DNA from: a virus
Strand: one strand, 5' to 3'
Virus record (IMG/VR): IMGVR_UViG_3300014838_000008
Length of the DNA stretch: 38,824 bases
The notes under the pieces were generated by a model that was not told the DNA's origin, made no database searches, and worked only from the letters and a program-made list of their open reading frames with translations. This document shows, piece after piece, positions 1-8,564 of this stretch. How positions within the stretch are numbered: position 1 is the first letter of the stretch; the number at the start of each line of letters is the position of its first letter. A program made the position numbers and the translations under genes.

Positions 1-123
1 GACCAATGCCCTTAAAGAATTGATCTATAAAGATGATAATCAGATATGCGAACAGCATATCTATAAAGTCTATGATGAGCTTCCCCGAACAGAAATTATT
101 GTGAAAACGATCCAGACCGCTGA
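1..123. repeat. Terminal direct repeat, copy 1 (exact copy of 38702..38824); circular-closure or terminal-redundancy overlap
   Basis: Read base by base: 1-123 (gaccaatgcc...ccagaccgctga) is identical to the last 123 nt of the window, giving a unit length of 38701 bp. Confidence 0.95.
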
Positions 124-154
124 GAAATATGGGTTAACTCTCCCATGCGAATGA
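1..154 (+). CDS. rusA: RusA-family Holliday junction resolvase, C-terminal part (continues the ORF that starts at 38412 across the circular junction)
   Basis: Same frame as 38412..38824. ...KPDADNLAYLVTNALKELIYKDDNQICEQHIYK... is the RusA-type D-x-D-N / DD-x-Q core. Stop TGA at 152-154. Confidence 0.75.
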   Translation, partial: TNALKELIYKDDNQICEQHIYKVYDELPRTEIIVKTIQTAEKYGLTLPCE

Positions 155-324
155 TTTTTGAGAATGATGGCCAGGAGGATTTTTTCGAGATCATCCTAAG
201 CGACGAAGAGATCGAAGAACTGAAGGCAGGGAGGGGGATTCAAAAAGATTTCCCCAAAGGACTCTATGACCTTCACAATTTAAATGTGTTCATTAGACCA
301 GAAAATTTAACCAGTGAGGAATGA
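151..324 (+). CDS. Hypothetical acidic protein, 57 aa (MIFENDGQEDFFEIILSDEEIEELK...)
   Basis: ATG 151 overlaps the rusA stop (ATGA). The ORF is open to TGA 322-324. It is below the 60-aa track cutoff. Confidence 0.5.
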   Translation: MIFENDGQEDFFEIILSDEEIEELKAGRGIQKDFPKGLYDLHNLNVFIRPENLTSEE

Positions 325-476
325 TGCCATTAGTAAAAGGTAAAGCTGCCAAGAGCAAGAAAGGTTTTTCAGAGAATATCAAGAGAGAAATGGAAGCCGG
401 CAAACCCCAAAAGCAAGCCGTAGCGATTGCCTATAGCGAGGCGAGACGCGGTAAAAAAAAAGCGAAGAAAAAGTGA
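321..476 (+). CDS. Small basic protein, 51 aa (MMPLVKGKAAKSKKGFSENIKREMEAGKPQKQAVAIAYSEARRGKKKAKKK)
   Basis: ATGA overlap with the previous stop. The G-K-P-x-K-Q-A-x-A-I-A motif recurs in small phage and bacterial proteins of unknown function. Confidence 0.5.
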   Translation: MMPLVKGKAAKSKKGFSENIKREMEAGKPQKQAVAIAYSEARRGKKKAKKK

Positions 477-614
477 TGCTTGGAACTCGACTGATTAGAG
501 AAGTCGATTTATTCCCCGACTTTAGAATCTATTTTCAGAATGTCTGGGCAAAGGGATCTTTGGCTGGGATGATCTATTTCATGATGTGGCGTTTATATTA
601 TTTGGAGATGAAGA

Positions 615-980
615 ATGGAGAAAGAAATCCTTATTACAGTCCTAGAGAGGGCAAACGATATGCTCGACTTCTTGAAGGAAATGCGATCGAATCTATTGAA
701 AGATCAAGAGAGAATGCTAAATCAGCAAAGAAGGTTCCAAGAGCAAGTAGAGAAAAGGCTGCAAGATTTGTCCGACACGGCAAGCTTTCAACAGCAAAGG
801 TATCAAAGCGAGTTGAAAAAAATAAGCGATCTGTGTCAAACAATGGACGAGACGTTGTGCAACGTATTGCTCGCGGTGCGGCAAAACGAGTACTTGCAGG
901 CGTGGTATCCCGCTCAAAACGGCCAGGAAGAGCAAAGAGTAATCGGAAAGTACGTTGAGGTAAAAGAGGAGGAGGAGTAA
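615..980 (+). CDS. Hypothetical coiled-coil protein, 121 aa
   Basis: ORF track entry. GGAG lies 8 nt upstream of the ATG. Natural-looking heptad-rich sequence, preferred over the overlapping basic ORF 473..958. Confidence 0.55.
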   Translation: MEKEILITVLERANDMLDFLKEMRSNLLKDQERMLNQQRRFQEQVEKRLQDLSDTASFQQQRYQSELKKISDLCQTMDETLCNVLLAVRQNEYLQAWYPAQNGQEEQRVIGKYVEVKEEEE

Positions 981-981
981 T

Positions 982-1062
982 ATGACCGCTGAAAGCATCC
1001 TATTTTTCATAGGGATTCTCGCTTGCATGTCGCTCCTTCTTCTTTTTCGCCCTGAAAATTGA
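982..1062 (+). CDS. 26-aa single-pass membrane peptide (MTAESILFFIGILACMSLLLLFRPEN)
   Basis: Strong SD (aggaggaggag) 4 nt upstream of the ATG. Hydrophobic core. Stop TGA at 1060-1062. Confidence 0.45.
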   Translation: MTAESILFFIGILACMSLLLLFRPEN

Positions 1063-1165
1063 TCCGAATTCAAAGCTCCGAAAAGCCGGAAAAAAGGCTG
1101 GGGATATGCGTAAATAACATAATAAGCATTATCAGACTGTATATAAACCTTTTAAACTGGAATTA

Positions 1166-1501
1166 TTGATGCCAAAATCCCACACCCTTCCAATCCCTGC
1201 AACGATCAATGAACCAACCGGCTTAACCGATACCCAACAAGAAAATCTTCTTTTAGTTGGGCTTCGCCAAGATATCTTCCGGCTTCAGAAGCAGATGATG
1301 TTTCATGATCGCTGTGTTTTAGCCGAGAATGAAATAAAATTATTGAAAGAAAAGATTGAGCAATATAAGAAGATGATAAGCCAACTAAAAAAAGGAAAGA
1401 CATCTTATGGAAGCGCCAATATATCCAACATATTTAAAAAGGTTAGAAGAACTATTAATCCAAGTAAAAAGCGACCTCGAAAAAGAGCCAAAGATCGTTG
1501 A
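1166..1501 (+). CDS. Hypothetical protein, 111 aa (true start probably ATG 1169)
   Basis: ORF track entry (TTG start). Coiled-coil middle. The basic tail overlaps the next ORF by 95 nt. No clear SD. Confidence 0.4.
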   Translation: MMPKSHTLPIPATINEPTGLTDTQQENLLLVGLRQDIFRLQKQMMFHDRCVLAENEIKLLKEKIEQYKKMISQLKKGKTSYGSANISNIFKKVRRTINPSKKRPRKRAKDR

Positions 1502-1820
1502 TTTCTATAAAGTCACTGAAATATTAGAATTATTGTCTTGGCGAACTTGCGGGATTTCTCTTCCTGAAAAAGAAGAAAAATGGATTACCACAACAGAATT
1601 TCTTAAAAAATATCCCATCATGCACCATTCAACTTTAACAGATATTTTAAAACTCTGTAGATCCAAGAATCTTCCATGGGTACAAAGAGAAGGCCATCGT
1701 TATTTAATTAAAGAAAAAGAAACTGTAGATGGTATCGCCGAAATATTAAATAATGAATATAAATATAGTATTAATCTTAAAAAAAAATATGACGATTTCT
1801 TTAAGAAATCGGCAGCATAA
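1407..1820 (+). CDS. Hypothetical protein with an excisionase/MerR-like HTH segment, 137 aa
   Basis: ORF track entry. WITTTEFLKKYPIMHHSTLTDILKL...REGHRYLIKEKE resembles HTH_17-type DNA-binding domains. Confidence 0.5.
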   Translation: MEAPIYPTYLKRLEELLIQVKSDLEKEPKIVDFYKVTEILELLSWRTCGISLPEKEEKWITTTEFLKKYPIMHHSTLTDILKLCRSKNLPWVQREGHRYLIKEKETVDGIAEILNNEYKYSINLKKKYDDFFKKSAA

Positions 1821-1834
1821 TATGGAGATCCATC

Positions 1835-1975
1835 ATGTCAGACCAAAAAAAAGAACTGCCAAGCTTAGAGTACAGCGCAAAATCAGTGAGCTGGCATCTC
1901 AAGACCCTATCGGACGAGTTGAAGTTGATCAGAGAGACATTACAGAAGATGGCGGAGAAGCAGGATATATTTTAA
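1835..1975 (+). CDS. Hypothetical 46-aa protein (MSDQKKELPSLEYSAKSVSWHLKTLSDELKLIRETLQKMAEKQDIF)
   Basis: GGAG lies 8 nt upstream of ATG 1835. Stop TAA at 1973-1975, just before the terminator hairpin. Preferred over track ORF 1753..2022. Confidence 0.45.
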   Translation: MSDQKKELPSLEYSAKSVSWHLKTLSDELKLIRETLQKMAEKQDIF

Positions 1976-1983
1976 AGAATGAT

Positions 1984-2008
1984 GAGGATGATTTTAGAAA
2001 TCATCCTC
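1984..2008. terminator. Bidirectional terminator hairpin between convergent plus and minus operons
   Basis: Perfect 9-bp stem gaggatgat / atcatcctc with a 7-nt loop, placed between the last plus gene (stop 1975) and the last minus gene (stop 2019). Confidence 0.6.
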
Positions 2009-2018
2009 CGAATTGTTC

Positions 2019-3353
2019 TTAAGCTACAAAGTAAATTCCACTTCCACTAAATGTGCTATTATTAGCCCAAGCTGTATCCGCTAATGCTGCTGCGGATTGG
2101 GTACTTCCATATTGCAACGGTTGAATAGTTGATGCCCCAGAGTTTACAGAAGCTCCAACAGAAGTATATAGAGCCGTCAATGTCAACACCTCCCATCTAG
2201 TTGCCAATTGTGGCCCATTTCCTGTATCGGTTATCATTGGAAAAGGTAATCCAGCTATTGATGAAGATCCTGTTGAAGATCCTTTGCTTGATAAAGCAAT
2301 TTTAAAAGTCACATAACAAATATTTCCAATTCTTGTATAACGCCCAACTTGGGTGGCATATGTTATACCTACAGAAGCACCACCAAAAGATAAAACTGGT
2401 GTCCAAGTTGAAGTTGAGTAAGCGGATAATAGGTTTGTTCCGCCATCAAAACTGATGCTCCCCATGCTCGTATTATATGCTGTAAGAGTAGTAGTATTTA
2501 TTTTTGAAGATGAGCCTATAAAAGTTACGGAACTATAAGATAAAGTGCCTGCACCTGTTATAGCATTTGTATTTGAGGAATTTATAGATGCGTTTGATAG
2601 CCCTAAAACACTTCCAACAGATATTGCACTAGCTGTTCCTGACCCCAAAGCATCTCCTTGAGAGTTTCCATTTCCAGATCCTCCAACTGTTAAACAAGTA
2701 GTATTTGATGCTATATAAGAACAGCCTATGGAATCGTGAGATGCTGTGCCTGAAGTAGTAATAGGAAAATTTATTAAGCAATATCTTAAAGTTAATGTTC
2801 CTGCGCTTGCAGTACTTGCTGTTGTTGAACTTCCTGTATTTGTTATCCTAGTATATCTGAATAATAAAGATCCCGCACTTGAACATGTAAATGCAGAAAT
2901 CCCAGTTGTGCCTATATCTCCATTGCAATAAAAAACATTTATCTGAGAGGAAGACGAAGAAGAAGTATAACTAATAGCTGTATTATTAGTAGCGTTAATT
3001 GTGCAATCTTCTAAATTCAAAATAGAGGCAGCAGATCCCGTAACAGCAATAGCGAAATCTGAATTTGTTTGAAGTCGGATATTCGATATTGAAACGCTTC
3101 CAGCAGCGGTAAAAGTGCATTTACCAGAAATCGTGACATTTGGTGTATCATCATCACATGTGAAAGCTGTTAAATTCACTCCAGCTTTTAGCGTGGGATT
3201 CTCCGTATAAGTTCCAGGACGGATGAATATGGTATCCCCAGAAGAGGCCGATGTTAAAGCCGTAGCAATAGTGGTATGCGTACCTTGTGTGGCATCGGCG
3301 CTTACAATCCATTTAGCGCATCCAAATGTATTTGTTGAAATTTGCTGAGGCAT
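2019..3353 (-). CDS. Tailspike / tail fibre with an N-terminal right-handed beta-helix (pectin-lyase-fold-like) and a C-terminal fibre-tip domain, 444 aa
   Basis: SGDTIFIRPGTYTEN is typical of beta-helix spike proteins. Long S/T/G/N-rich repeats. C-terminal W-T-P...G-I-T-Y...G-R-Y-T-R-I-G-N...G-L-P-F pattern is common in fibre tips. Confidence 0.6.
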   Translation of the reverse strand: MPQQISTNTFGCAKWIVSADATQGTHTTIATALTSASSGDTIFIRPGTYTENPTLKAGVNLTAFTCDDDTPNVTISGKCTFTAAGSVSISNIRLQTNSDFAIAVTGSAASILNLEDCTINATNNTAISYTSSSSSSQINVFYCNGDIGTTGISAFTCSSAGSLLFRYTRITNTGSSTTASTASAGTLTLRYCLINFPITTSGTASHDSIGCSYIASNTTCLTVGGSGNGNSQGDALGSGTASAISVGSVLGLSNASINSSNTNAITGAGTLSYSSVTFIGSSSKINTTTLTAYNTSMGSISFDGGTNLLSAYSTSTWTPVLSFGGASVGITYATQVGRYTRIGNICYVTFKIALSSKGSSTGSSSIAGLPFPMITDTGNGPQLATRWEVLTLTALYTSVGASVNSGASTIQPLQYGSTQSAAALADTAWANNSTFSGSGIYFVA

Positions 3354-3361
3354 CGTTTACC

Positions 3362-3958
3362 TTAAGTTACTGTCCAATTTCCGATTAAGCTATCTGATCG
3401 CCAGACGGTTGAAGCGCCTGCTGTGATGCAAATAAGTTCTATGCAATCGCCGACGTTTGTACCTGCGACTGATCCACCAACGCCCACTGTACTTGATGCT
3501 GAGCCGATCAAAATTTGCTGGTTGGCATTCTGAGCGATGGTTGTGATGCCCAATTTACCAACGATTTTGATGATATCGCCAAGAGCTCCAGAGGCAGGAA
3601 GGGTATAAGTGACGTTTGTGTGGTCGGTCACATAGCCATTTTGGGCAAGAAGCGCTTGAGTAGCACCAGTGACATCCGTCCAAGTAAAACCACCGCCTGT
3701 TGAAGCGATTGTGATCGTGCCAGCGCCATTCGTGATGGTGATACCAGTACCAGGAGTAAGGGCTGCTAAAACGGGATCAGCACCGGTTGAGCCGATTACT
3801 AATTGACCATTGGTAGCTACGCCTAATGAAGCGATATTATTGGAGGCTGCGCCGATAACAGTGCCGTGCAGGGTGATTGTAGGAGCAGAAAATGTCCCTG
3901 TCCCATTATAATAGGCTACGCCCTGAGCCGAGAGATTGATTGCATTATTTGTTGCCAT
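3362..3958 (-). CDS. Tail fibre protein, 198 aa (paralogue of 3961..4509)
   Basis: G/T/A-rich. Shares the GGGFTW... C-terminal half and the G-N-(W/F)-T-V terminus with the adjacent ORF. Confidence 0.55.
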   Translation of the reverse strand: MATNNAINLSAQGVAYYNGTGTFSAPTITLHGTVIGAASNNIASLGVATNGQLVIGSTGADPVLAALTPGTGITITNGAGTITIASTGGGFTWTDVTGATQALLAQNGYVTDHTNVTYTLPASGALGDIIKIVGKLGITTIAQNANQQILIGSASSTVGVGGSVAGTNVGDCIELICITAGASTVWRSDSLIGNWTVT

Positions 3959-3960
3959 AT

Positions 3961-4509
3961 TTATACTACCGTGAAGTTACCGACGGGTTGAAGAGCAATC
4001 CACGAAGCGCCAGGGCCGGAAGCCCAGCAGACGAGCATTAAAGTATCGCCTTTCTTCGTGGATGTAATAGAGCCGGTCGTCACGGTAGTCAGGTCAATGC
4101 CCAACTGGATTGAATCGCCCGCATTTTGATTTAATTTAAAAAAGTTGCCTCCGATATCTGCGACGATGAATGTATCGCCAACAAGAGGAGAAGCGGGCAT
4201 TTGTACTTGACGTACACCTGCGCCCGTTATCAGATAGCCGAAGCCTTTAACGGCAGTGAAATCTGTAGACTGAACGACCCATGTAAATCCTCCGCCTGGC
4301 AGAGAGATCGTTTCGGTATTAGTCTCAGGATTACCCGTGACTAAGATACCGCCTCCAGCTGCACCAACGAGATTAATGACACCCGACCCATCAGGGCCGA
4401 CTTCTACGCCGTCATTGCCTTTTAAAGAGGTAACCGTACCAGGAGGGCCGATGACGTTATCGACCTGATCGAGCTTTTTGGTGAAGGGATTGAATCTATA
4501 TTGGCTCAT
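3961..4509 (-). CDS. Tail fibre protein, 182 aa (paralogue of 3362..3958)
   Basis: Same GGGFTW core and GNFTVV terminus. Sits in the fibre cluster. Confidence 0.55.
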   Translation of the reverse strand: MSQYRFNPFTKKLDQVDNVIGPPGTVTSLKGNDGVEVGPDGSGVINLVGAAGGGILVTGNPETNTETISLPGGGFTWVVQSTDFTAVKGFGYLITGAGVRQVQMPASPLVGDTFIVADIGGNFFKLNQNAGDSIQLGIDLTTVTTGSITSTKKGDTLMLVCWASGPGASWIALQPVGNFTVV

Positions 4510-4516
4510 CTAATCC

Positions 4517-4804
4517 TCACACATAGGTATAAGTGGCGCGATCATCCCATTCGAAGACATAATCATTGCTGGCATTGCCCAGAGCATTTTGAGGCCAAAT
4601 AATCGAAGTGATATTATTTGAGCCGTCATAAGTGAGTTTGGCTATCTGCCAGACATCATTTGATGTTGGGGAGCCAGGACGGGCAAACCCCTTATAAATC
4701 AGATTATTGCTACCATCATATTCACCTCGGAAGGCCAGATCATCGACTGAGTCATAGATAAGGCGATTCTGGGCGTCTAAGTAACCTAGCGGTCGATTGG
4801 TCAT
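4517..4804 (-). CDS. Small fibre-module protein with two YDG-S-NN-(L/I) repeats, 95 aa
   Basis: ORF track entry. Repeats EYDGSNNLIYKG and TYDGSNNITSI. Position between fibre genes. Confidence 0.45.
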   Translation of the reverse strand: MTNRPLGYLDAQNRLIYDSVDDLAFRGEYDGSNNLIYKGFARPGSPTSNDVWQIAKLTYDGSNNITSIIWPQNALGNASNDYVFEWDDRATYTYV

Positions 4805-4811
4805 GAATTAC

Positions 4812-5624
4812 CTATGCGTTAATGATCCACCAATTGAAGGTGCTGGTTTCATTTCCAGTGCTGGTTAATGTGAATCCTGTTCCATCTTGAGCAGTGATCG
4901 ACACTTGGCCAGGTGTTCCGCCAGTAGCAGCGCGGGAATAGAATATTTTGGCTGTTGCGCTCGATGCAGTTGTTGCAACGGTGACCGCTCCAGGAGTACC
5001 ACTCATCGCACCAGAAGTACCTACAGAGGCATTTGAGCCGGTAGCGACAACAATTTTATTGCCGGCTGTTCCTAAAACTACGTTTCCATTGGTAGCAGTG
5101 ATTGCGCCTGCGGTAGCTGTTATTGTAGTTGCAGCTGTGACGGAGCCTGCAAAACTTGGAGATCCATTAAAGGCTGGATCTGATCCAGATACTCCCATTA
5201 AAGCCTGCCCTGTTGTCCCTGGAGTAGTAGCTACGATTGAGCCTGCTCCTTCTCCAATGAGAACGCCGTGGGCGGTATAAGTTGCTGGAGTATATGGCCC
5301 GATTGTAGAAAGAGTGACTGTATGGCCGGCATTAGCAATTCCAATTTGATTGGCTGTGCCCGCTATGATAATATTACCCGCTACTGCAGAAAGGCCGTTG
5401 ATAGTAGCAACCGCTCCACTTGCTCCACCGAGGATTGCCCATGTAGTGACTCCGCCGACGAGGGAGACCGCACCATACATGATGCCGGTAGAGTTAACGA
5501 CTGCGAGAGTCCCTAGCTTTACTTTCAGATTGGCAGAAGGTGCTGATGTTGGAAGGATGACATTGGCAGGATTTGGGACTTGAACTCCGCCGTAATATGG
5601 GCAGGTAACGCCGAGTGTGGTCAT
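4812..5624 (-). CDS. Tail fibre-like protein, 270 aa
   Basis: Extreme G/A/T/S composition, repeated AGxxxIxxT motifs, position at the head of the fibre cluster. Confidence 0.5.
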   Translation of the reverse strand: MTTLGVTCPYYGGVQVPNPANVILPTSAPSANLKVKLGTLAVVNSTGIMYGAVSLVGGVTTWAILGGASGAVATINGLSAVAGNIIIAGTANQIGIANAGHTVTLSTIGPYTPATYTAHGVLIGEGAGSIVATTPGTTGQALMGVSGSDPAFNGSPSFAGSVTAATTITATAGAITATNGNVVLGTAGNKIVVATGSNASVGTSGAMSGTPGAVTVATTASSATAKIFYSRAATGGTPGQVSITAQDGTGFTLTSTGNETSTFNWWIINA

Positions 5625-5656
5625 GAGGGCCTCTTTTATTGTATTGTATAAACATT

Positions 5657-5685
5657 ATTTTAATTCAAAATAAGTTTATATACAA
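5657..5685 (-). promoter_or_regulatory. Sigma70-like promoter TTGTAT-N17-TAAAAT inside an AT-rich imperfect palindrome
   Basis: Minus strand: -35 at 5685..5680, -10 at 5662..5657. Lies in the 62-bp gap upstream of the fibre cluster. SD aaagagg precedes ATG 5624. Confidence 0.4.
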
Positions 5686-5686
5686 T

Positions 5687-7345
5687 CTATTCTGAGGCTA
5701 TGAAATTGATCTTTCTCTTTTCTTTGGGTTTTTCTTCGCCTAATTTATTGGCTGCTGCTCTTATGGCGGGAATATTCTGCTCGGCGAATGCTTTGCTTAA
5801 TTCATGGAAATTTTCTTGAAATCTAGGACGAGAATAATATTGGCCTTTGATCCATTTCCAGGCTGTAGGAATGCTGAAAACGGCTGCTTTTTTACCGAGA
5901 CCTGGAATTAAAGCCAATAGAGCATGCTTCATAGCATGACCGGCCAGATCTTTTTGAGGGATTTGGCTTAATGAATCACGAACTTTATATAGATCTTCTA
6001 CAGTCTGTTTTAATTTTCCAGATTCTTCAGGGCCGAGGAATCGATCGAGACTTTCCCAATTTCTCTCATTTTTGAGAAAAGATTGAAGTTGAGCATCTGT
6101 GACATTGCGCTCTAGGATTGGATCTAAAATATTGCGAGCAACTTTAGTATTTTTAAAAGTAGAATAAGAATCATTCAATCCTTCGAAAGTTTTTAACCAG
6201 AGACTTGATTGATCTCCGCCCTGACCTGGAATTGCAGGCAGTTTTTCAGATAAAGACCCTCGGAATGATTCTTTGATCGCATCATTCATGCGAGTCAGAA
6301 AATTCAATTTCTCTTGATCGAAAGAAGATAATTTCTGATAAGGAGGCTTGTTTTCTAAGATATCTTTAAAAACAGAATTATTTAGGCGATATCTCTTATA
6401 AGCATTGTAAAGCTGATCTGCTCCATTCTGCTGCCACCCTTCAACTTGCTCTTTGATGAATTTTCCAATTTCAGTAGGAGCGCCTGTTTTAGAGTAAGCT
6501 TGAGCTTCTTTTGCTAAGAACTCATCCAAAGGAGCTAGATTGATTTTTGGGTTAAACTCTTTAGCAGCGCCTTCTAATGCGTCGAATGATTTATTAAATT
6601 TCTGTTGTATTGGGCGATCAGCTTTTATCGCTTCACTGACGGTCTGGAATTTTTTATTTTCTTTTCCTACGTCTTTTACGATTTCAGCAGCTTCCTTGTT
6701 AACTCGATTGATCTGAGATTCAAAATGAGCTGGGGTGATATGACCTGCTTCTTTAGGGTGAATCCCTTTTTCTAATATTCTTGGCTGTTTGATCCTTCCT
6801 TGTGCAGCAGGTGCTTTTGGCTTAAATCTTAAAGATCCCAATGTTTCAAGGACATCTTGCCCTCTCTCACCAACTCCAAGAGTTTTACCGGCTTCAGCTG
6901 CTAATGTGCCTGTTGCTGCCAATGGAGCTGCTGCAACTGGATTGAGACCACCGGCTATTCCTGATCCTAATCCTCTGCCGAATCTCCCCCCAATTTGTTC
7001 TCTGCGCGTTCTTTCTTCTTTAGGGAAACCTAGAAAATCTAAAAATTGAGAAACCTGAGTTGATGAAGGAAAAGTACCGAAATTGGGAGCGACATCTCCT
7101 GTATCGCCTAATGCTGCTAAATCAATATCCGAGGCTTTCGATTCGACTTGATGTTGAGCTTTTTGGCCTGGTAATTCTTGGCCGGTTTTATATCCAGGGA
7201 TCAGATTTAGAACATTTCCATAAAAACCTGTTCCACCTTCAACCGCGCCACGCGCAATAGCTTTTTTTACCTTTTCATTGACTGGCTTAGTTGGAGTGCC
7301 AATCGATTGGGATTTTCCTGATTCATCTATGAAAGTGAAAGCCAT
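5687..7345 (-). CDS. Putative internal virion / ejection protein, 552 aa
   Basis: Position between nozzle-like and fibre genes as in T7-like gene order. G-rich N-terminal part and helical C-terminal part. No enzymatic motif recognised. Confidence 0.35.
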   Translation of the reverse strand: MAFTFIDESGKSQSIGTPTKPVNEKVKKAIARGAVEGGTGFYGNVLNLIPGYKTGQELPGQKAQHQVESKASDIDLAALGDTGDVAPNFGTFPSSTQVSQFLDFLGFPKEERTRREQIGGRFGRGLGSGIAGGLNPVAAAPLAATGTLAAEAGKTLGVGERGQDVLETLGSLRFKPKAPAAQGRIKQPRILEKGIHPKEAGHITPAHFESQINRVNKEAAEIVKDVGKENKKFQTVSEAIKADRPIQQKFNKSFDALEGAAKEFNPKINLAPLDEFLAKEAQAYSKTGAPTEIGKFIKEQVEGWQQNGADQLYNAYKRYRLNNSVFKDILENKPPYQKLSSFDQEKLNFLTRMNDAIKESFRGSLSEKLPAIPGQGGDQSSLWLKTFEGLNDSYSTFKNTKVARNILDPILERNVTDAQLQSFLKNERNWESLDRFLGPEESGKLKQTVEDLYKVRDSLSQIPQKDLAGHAMKHALLALIPGLGKKAAVFSIPTAWKWIKGQYYSRPRFQENFHELSKAFAEQNIPAIRAAANKLGEEKPKEKRKINFIASE

Positions 7346-8349
7346 TATTGACCCTGAAGTTTATAACCATAATCTTGAATCGCTTCTTGAACCTGATTTT
7401 TTGGAATTTTCCCTTGTTTGCCATCAGGACTAATGACTGGAACTAACTCGTCTCCATATTGGAGAACTTGAGCAAATTTATCATAATAGGGCTGCATCCT
7501 TTCTGAAATGTCCAATTCAATATCGCTTGCTCTCTCTTTGCCTGTGCGATTTTTACGAGCATCTTTAAACACTTCATAGCGGGCTTTTGCCAGATTATCG
7601 AAGTAGCGCAATGTATGAATGATGCGTTCTTTACCATCTTTAGAGTTCAGGAGAGAAGGAATTGTCTTTAAAAACTCCGTAAATTCGGTCTGCAAAATGC
7701 GTCCAAACCCATAGGCAGAAGCGACATTTAAGCCTCTTTGAGCTGCCAACTTTTGAAACTCTTCTGTATCTGCATTGGAAGTTAAACTTACCGGCGCACC
7801 GAGAAGATCAGTGAGGTATGCTCCCAAAGGAGAGATGATTTTATCTGAGTCTATGAGAGATTGCATTTTATTGAGGTTAGCATCGCTGACGCGGGCACTA
7901 TCATAGCCATCCACGATATCTTTTTGGATCTTATCTAGCTTATTTGATTCCTCATGAGCCGTTTTTCTATCTTCAGCGCGAATCATCTGTGCTTCTTTCT
8001 CATGAAGCTTAGATTGATCTCGGATATTTTGGATCATCTCTTTAGCGACATCTTCTCCATAGCCTTTCTTGGCTAAATCATAAACTTGAGGAATCTGATT
8101 TATATTCAGTTTTGGAGGAGGTTGATTGATCGTATCAGGAGTTCCTTGGCCTGGAGCAGTATTTTGTCCAGCAGGAGGAGGTGGATTCTGCTGAGGAGAA
8201 TTAAAAAGCTTATCAAGAGCTGTTCGGGCTTCTTGAACGCCTTTTTTCTTATAGTGAGCTTCCCCTACATCTCCTACAGCGCCTCCGATAGCCTGAGCAA
8301 GCTTGCTTCCAAATGTCGGCACTGCTGGTAAAACTTGAATCTGGGGCAT
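7345..8349 (-). CDS. Putative internal virion protein, 334 aa
   Basis: ATGA-type coupling on both sides. Pro/Gln-rich linker then a helical domain. Called on position. Confidence 0.35.
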   Translation of the reverse strand: MPQIQVLPAVPTFGSKLAQAIGGAVGDVGEAHYKKKGVQEARTALDKLFNSPQQNPPPPAGQNTAPGQGTPDTINQPPPKLNINQIPQVYDLAKKGYGEDVAKEMIQNIRDQSKLHEKEAQMIRAEDRKTAHEESNKLDKIQKDIVDGYDSARVSDANLNKMQSLIDSDKIISPLGAYLTDLLGAPVSLTSNADTEEFQKLAAQRGLNVASAYGFGRILQTEFTEFLKTIPSLLNSKDGKERIIHTLRYFDNLAKARYEVFKDARKNRTGKERASDIELDISERMQPYYDKFAQVLQYGDELVPVISPDGKQGKIPKNQVQEAIQDYGYKLQGQ

Positions 8350-8564
8350 TATCGACCTCTTCTGCTTGGCTTTTTGATTTTAGGGCGACCATAGATACCG
8401 GAAATTCCTGGTCTCGCTTGAGTCTGAAATCCTGGCGCTACGCTATCTCTTTTTCTCATGGCAGAAGGCGATCCTGCTTCTCTATTTTCCATAGAGTGAG
8501 GCATCACATGCTGCTGAGGAGCGGTTTTATTCTTGAATTGGCGTTGAGGAGTTTTGAGCTTCAT
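8349..8564 (-). CDS. Small basic Pro/Arg/Lys-rich virion-module protein, 71 aa
   Basis: ORF track entry. Start and stop both overlap neighbours by 1 nt. Confidence 0.4.
   Translation of the reverse strand: MKLKTPQRQFKNKTAPQQHVMPHSMENREAGSPSAMRKRDSVAPGFQTQARPGISGIYGRPKIKKPSRRGR

Noticed and set aside
473-958. 161-aa basic ORF (GTG/ATG start overlapping the previous stop) in a different frame from 615..980
   Set aside because: Its last 115 aa are R/K/S/A low-complexity sequence, as expected from an off-frame reading of the purine-rich coiled-coil gene 615..980, which has its own SD. Only the first ~45 codons (473-614) might be a real short ORF. Dual coding cannot be excluded without conservation data.
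1753-2022. 89-aa track ORF at the end of the rightward operon
   Set aside because: It overlaps the end of 1407..1820 and runs straight through the 1984-2008 terminator hairpin. The alternative 46-aa frame (1835..1975) has an SD and stops just before the hairpin.
4948-5583. Antisense ORFs (110, 82 and 77 aa) opposite the 270-aa fibre gene, and similar antisense ORFs elsewhere (2746..2931, 3515..3703, 6789..7049, 11392..11682, 13954..14187, 17340..17534, 20306..20958, 25187..25705)
   Set aside because: They lie wholly inside longer, better-supported genes on the other strand. They have biased A/V/P/T or low-complexity composition and lack SD sequences.
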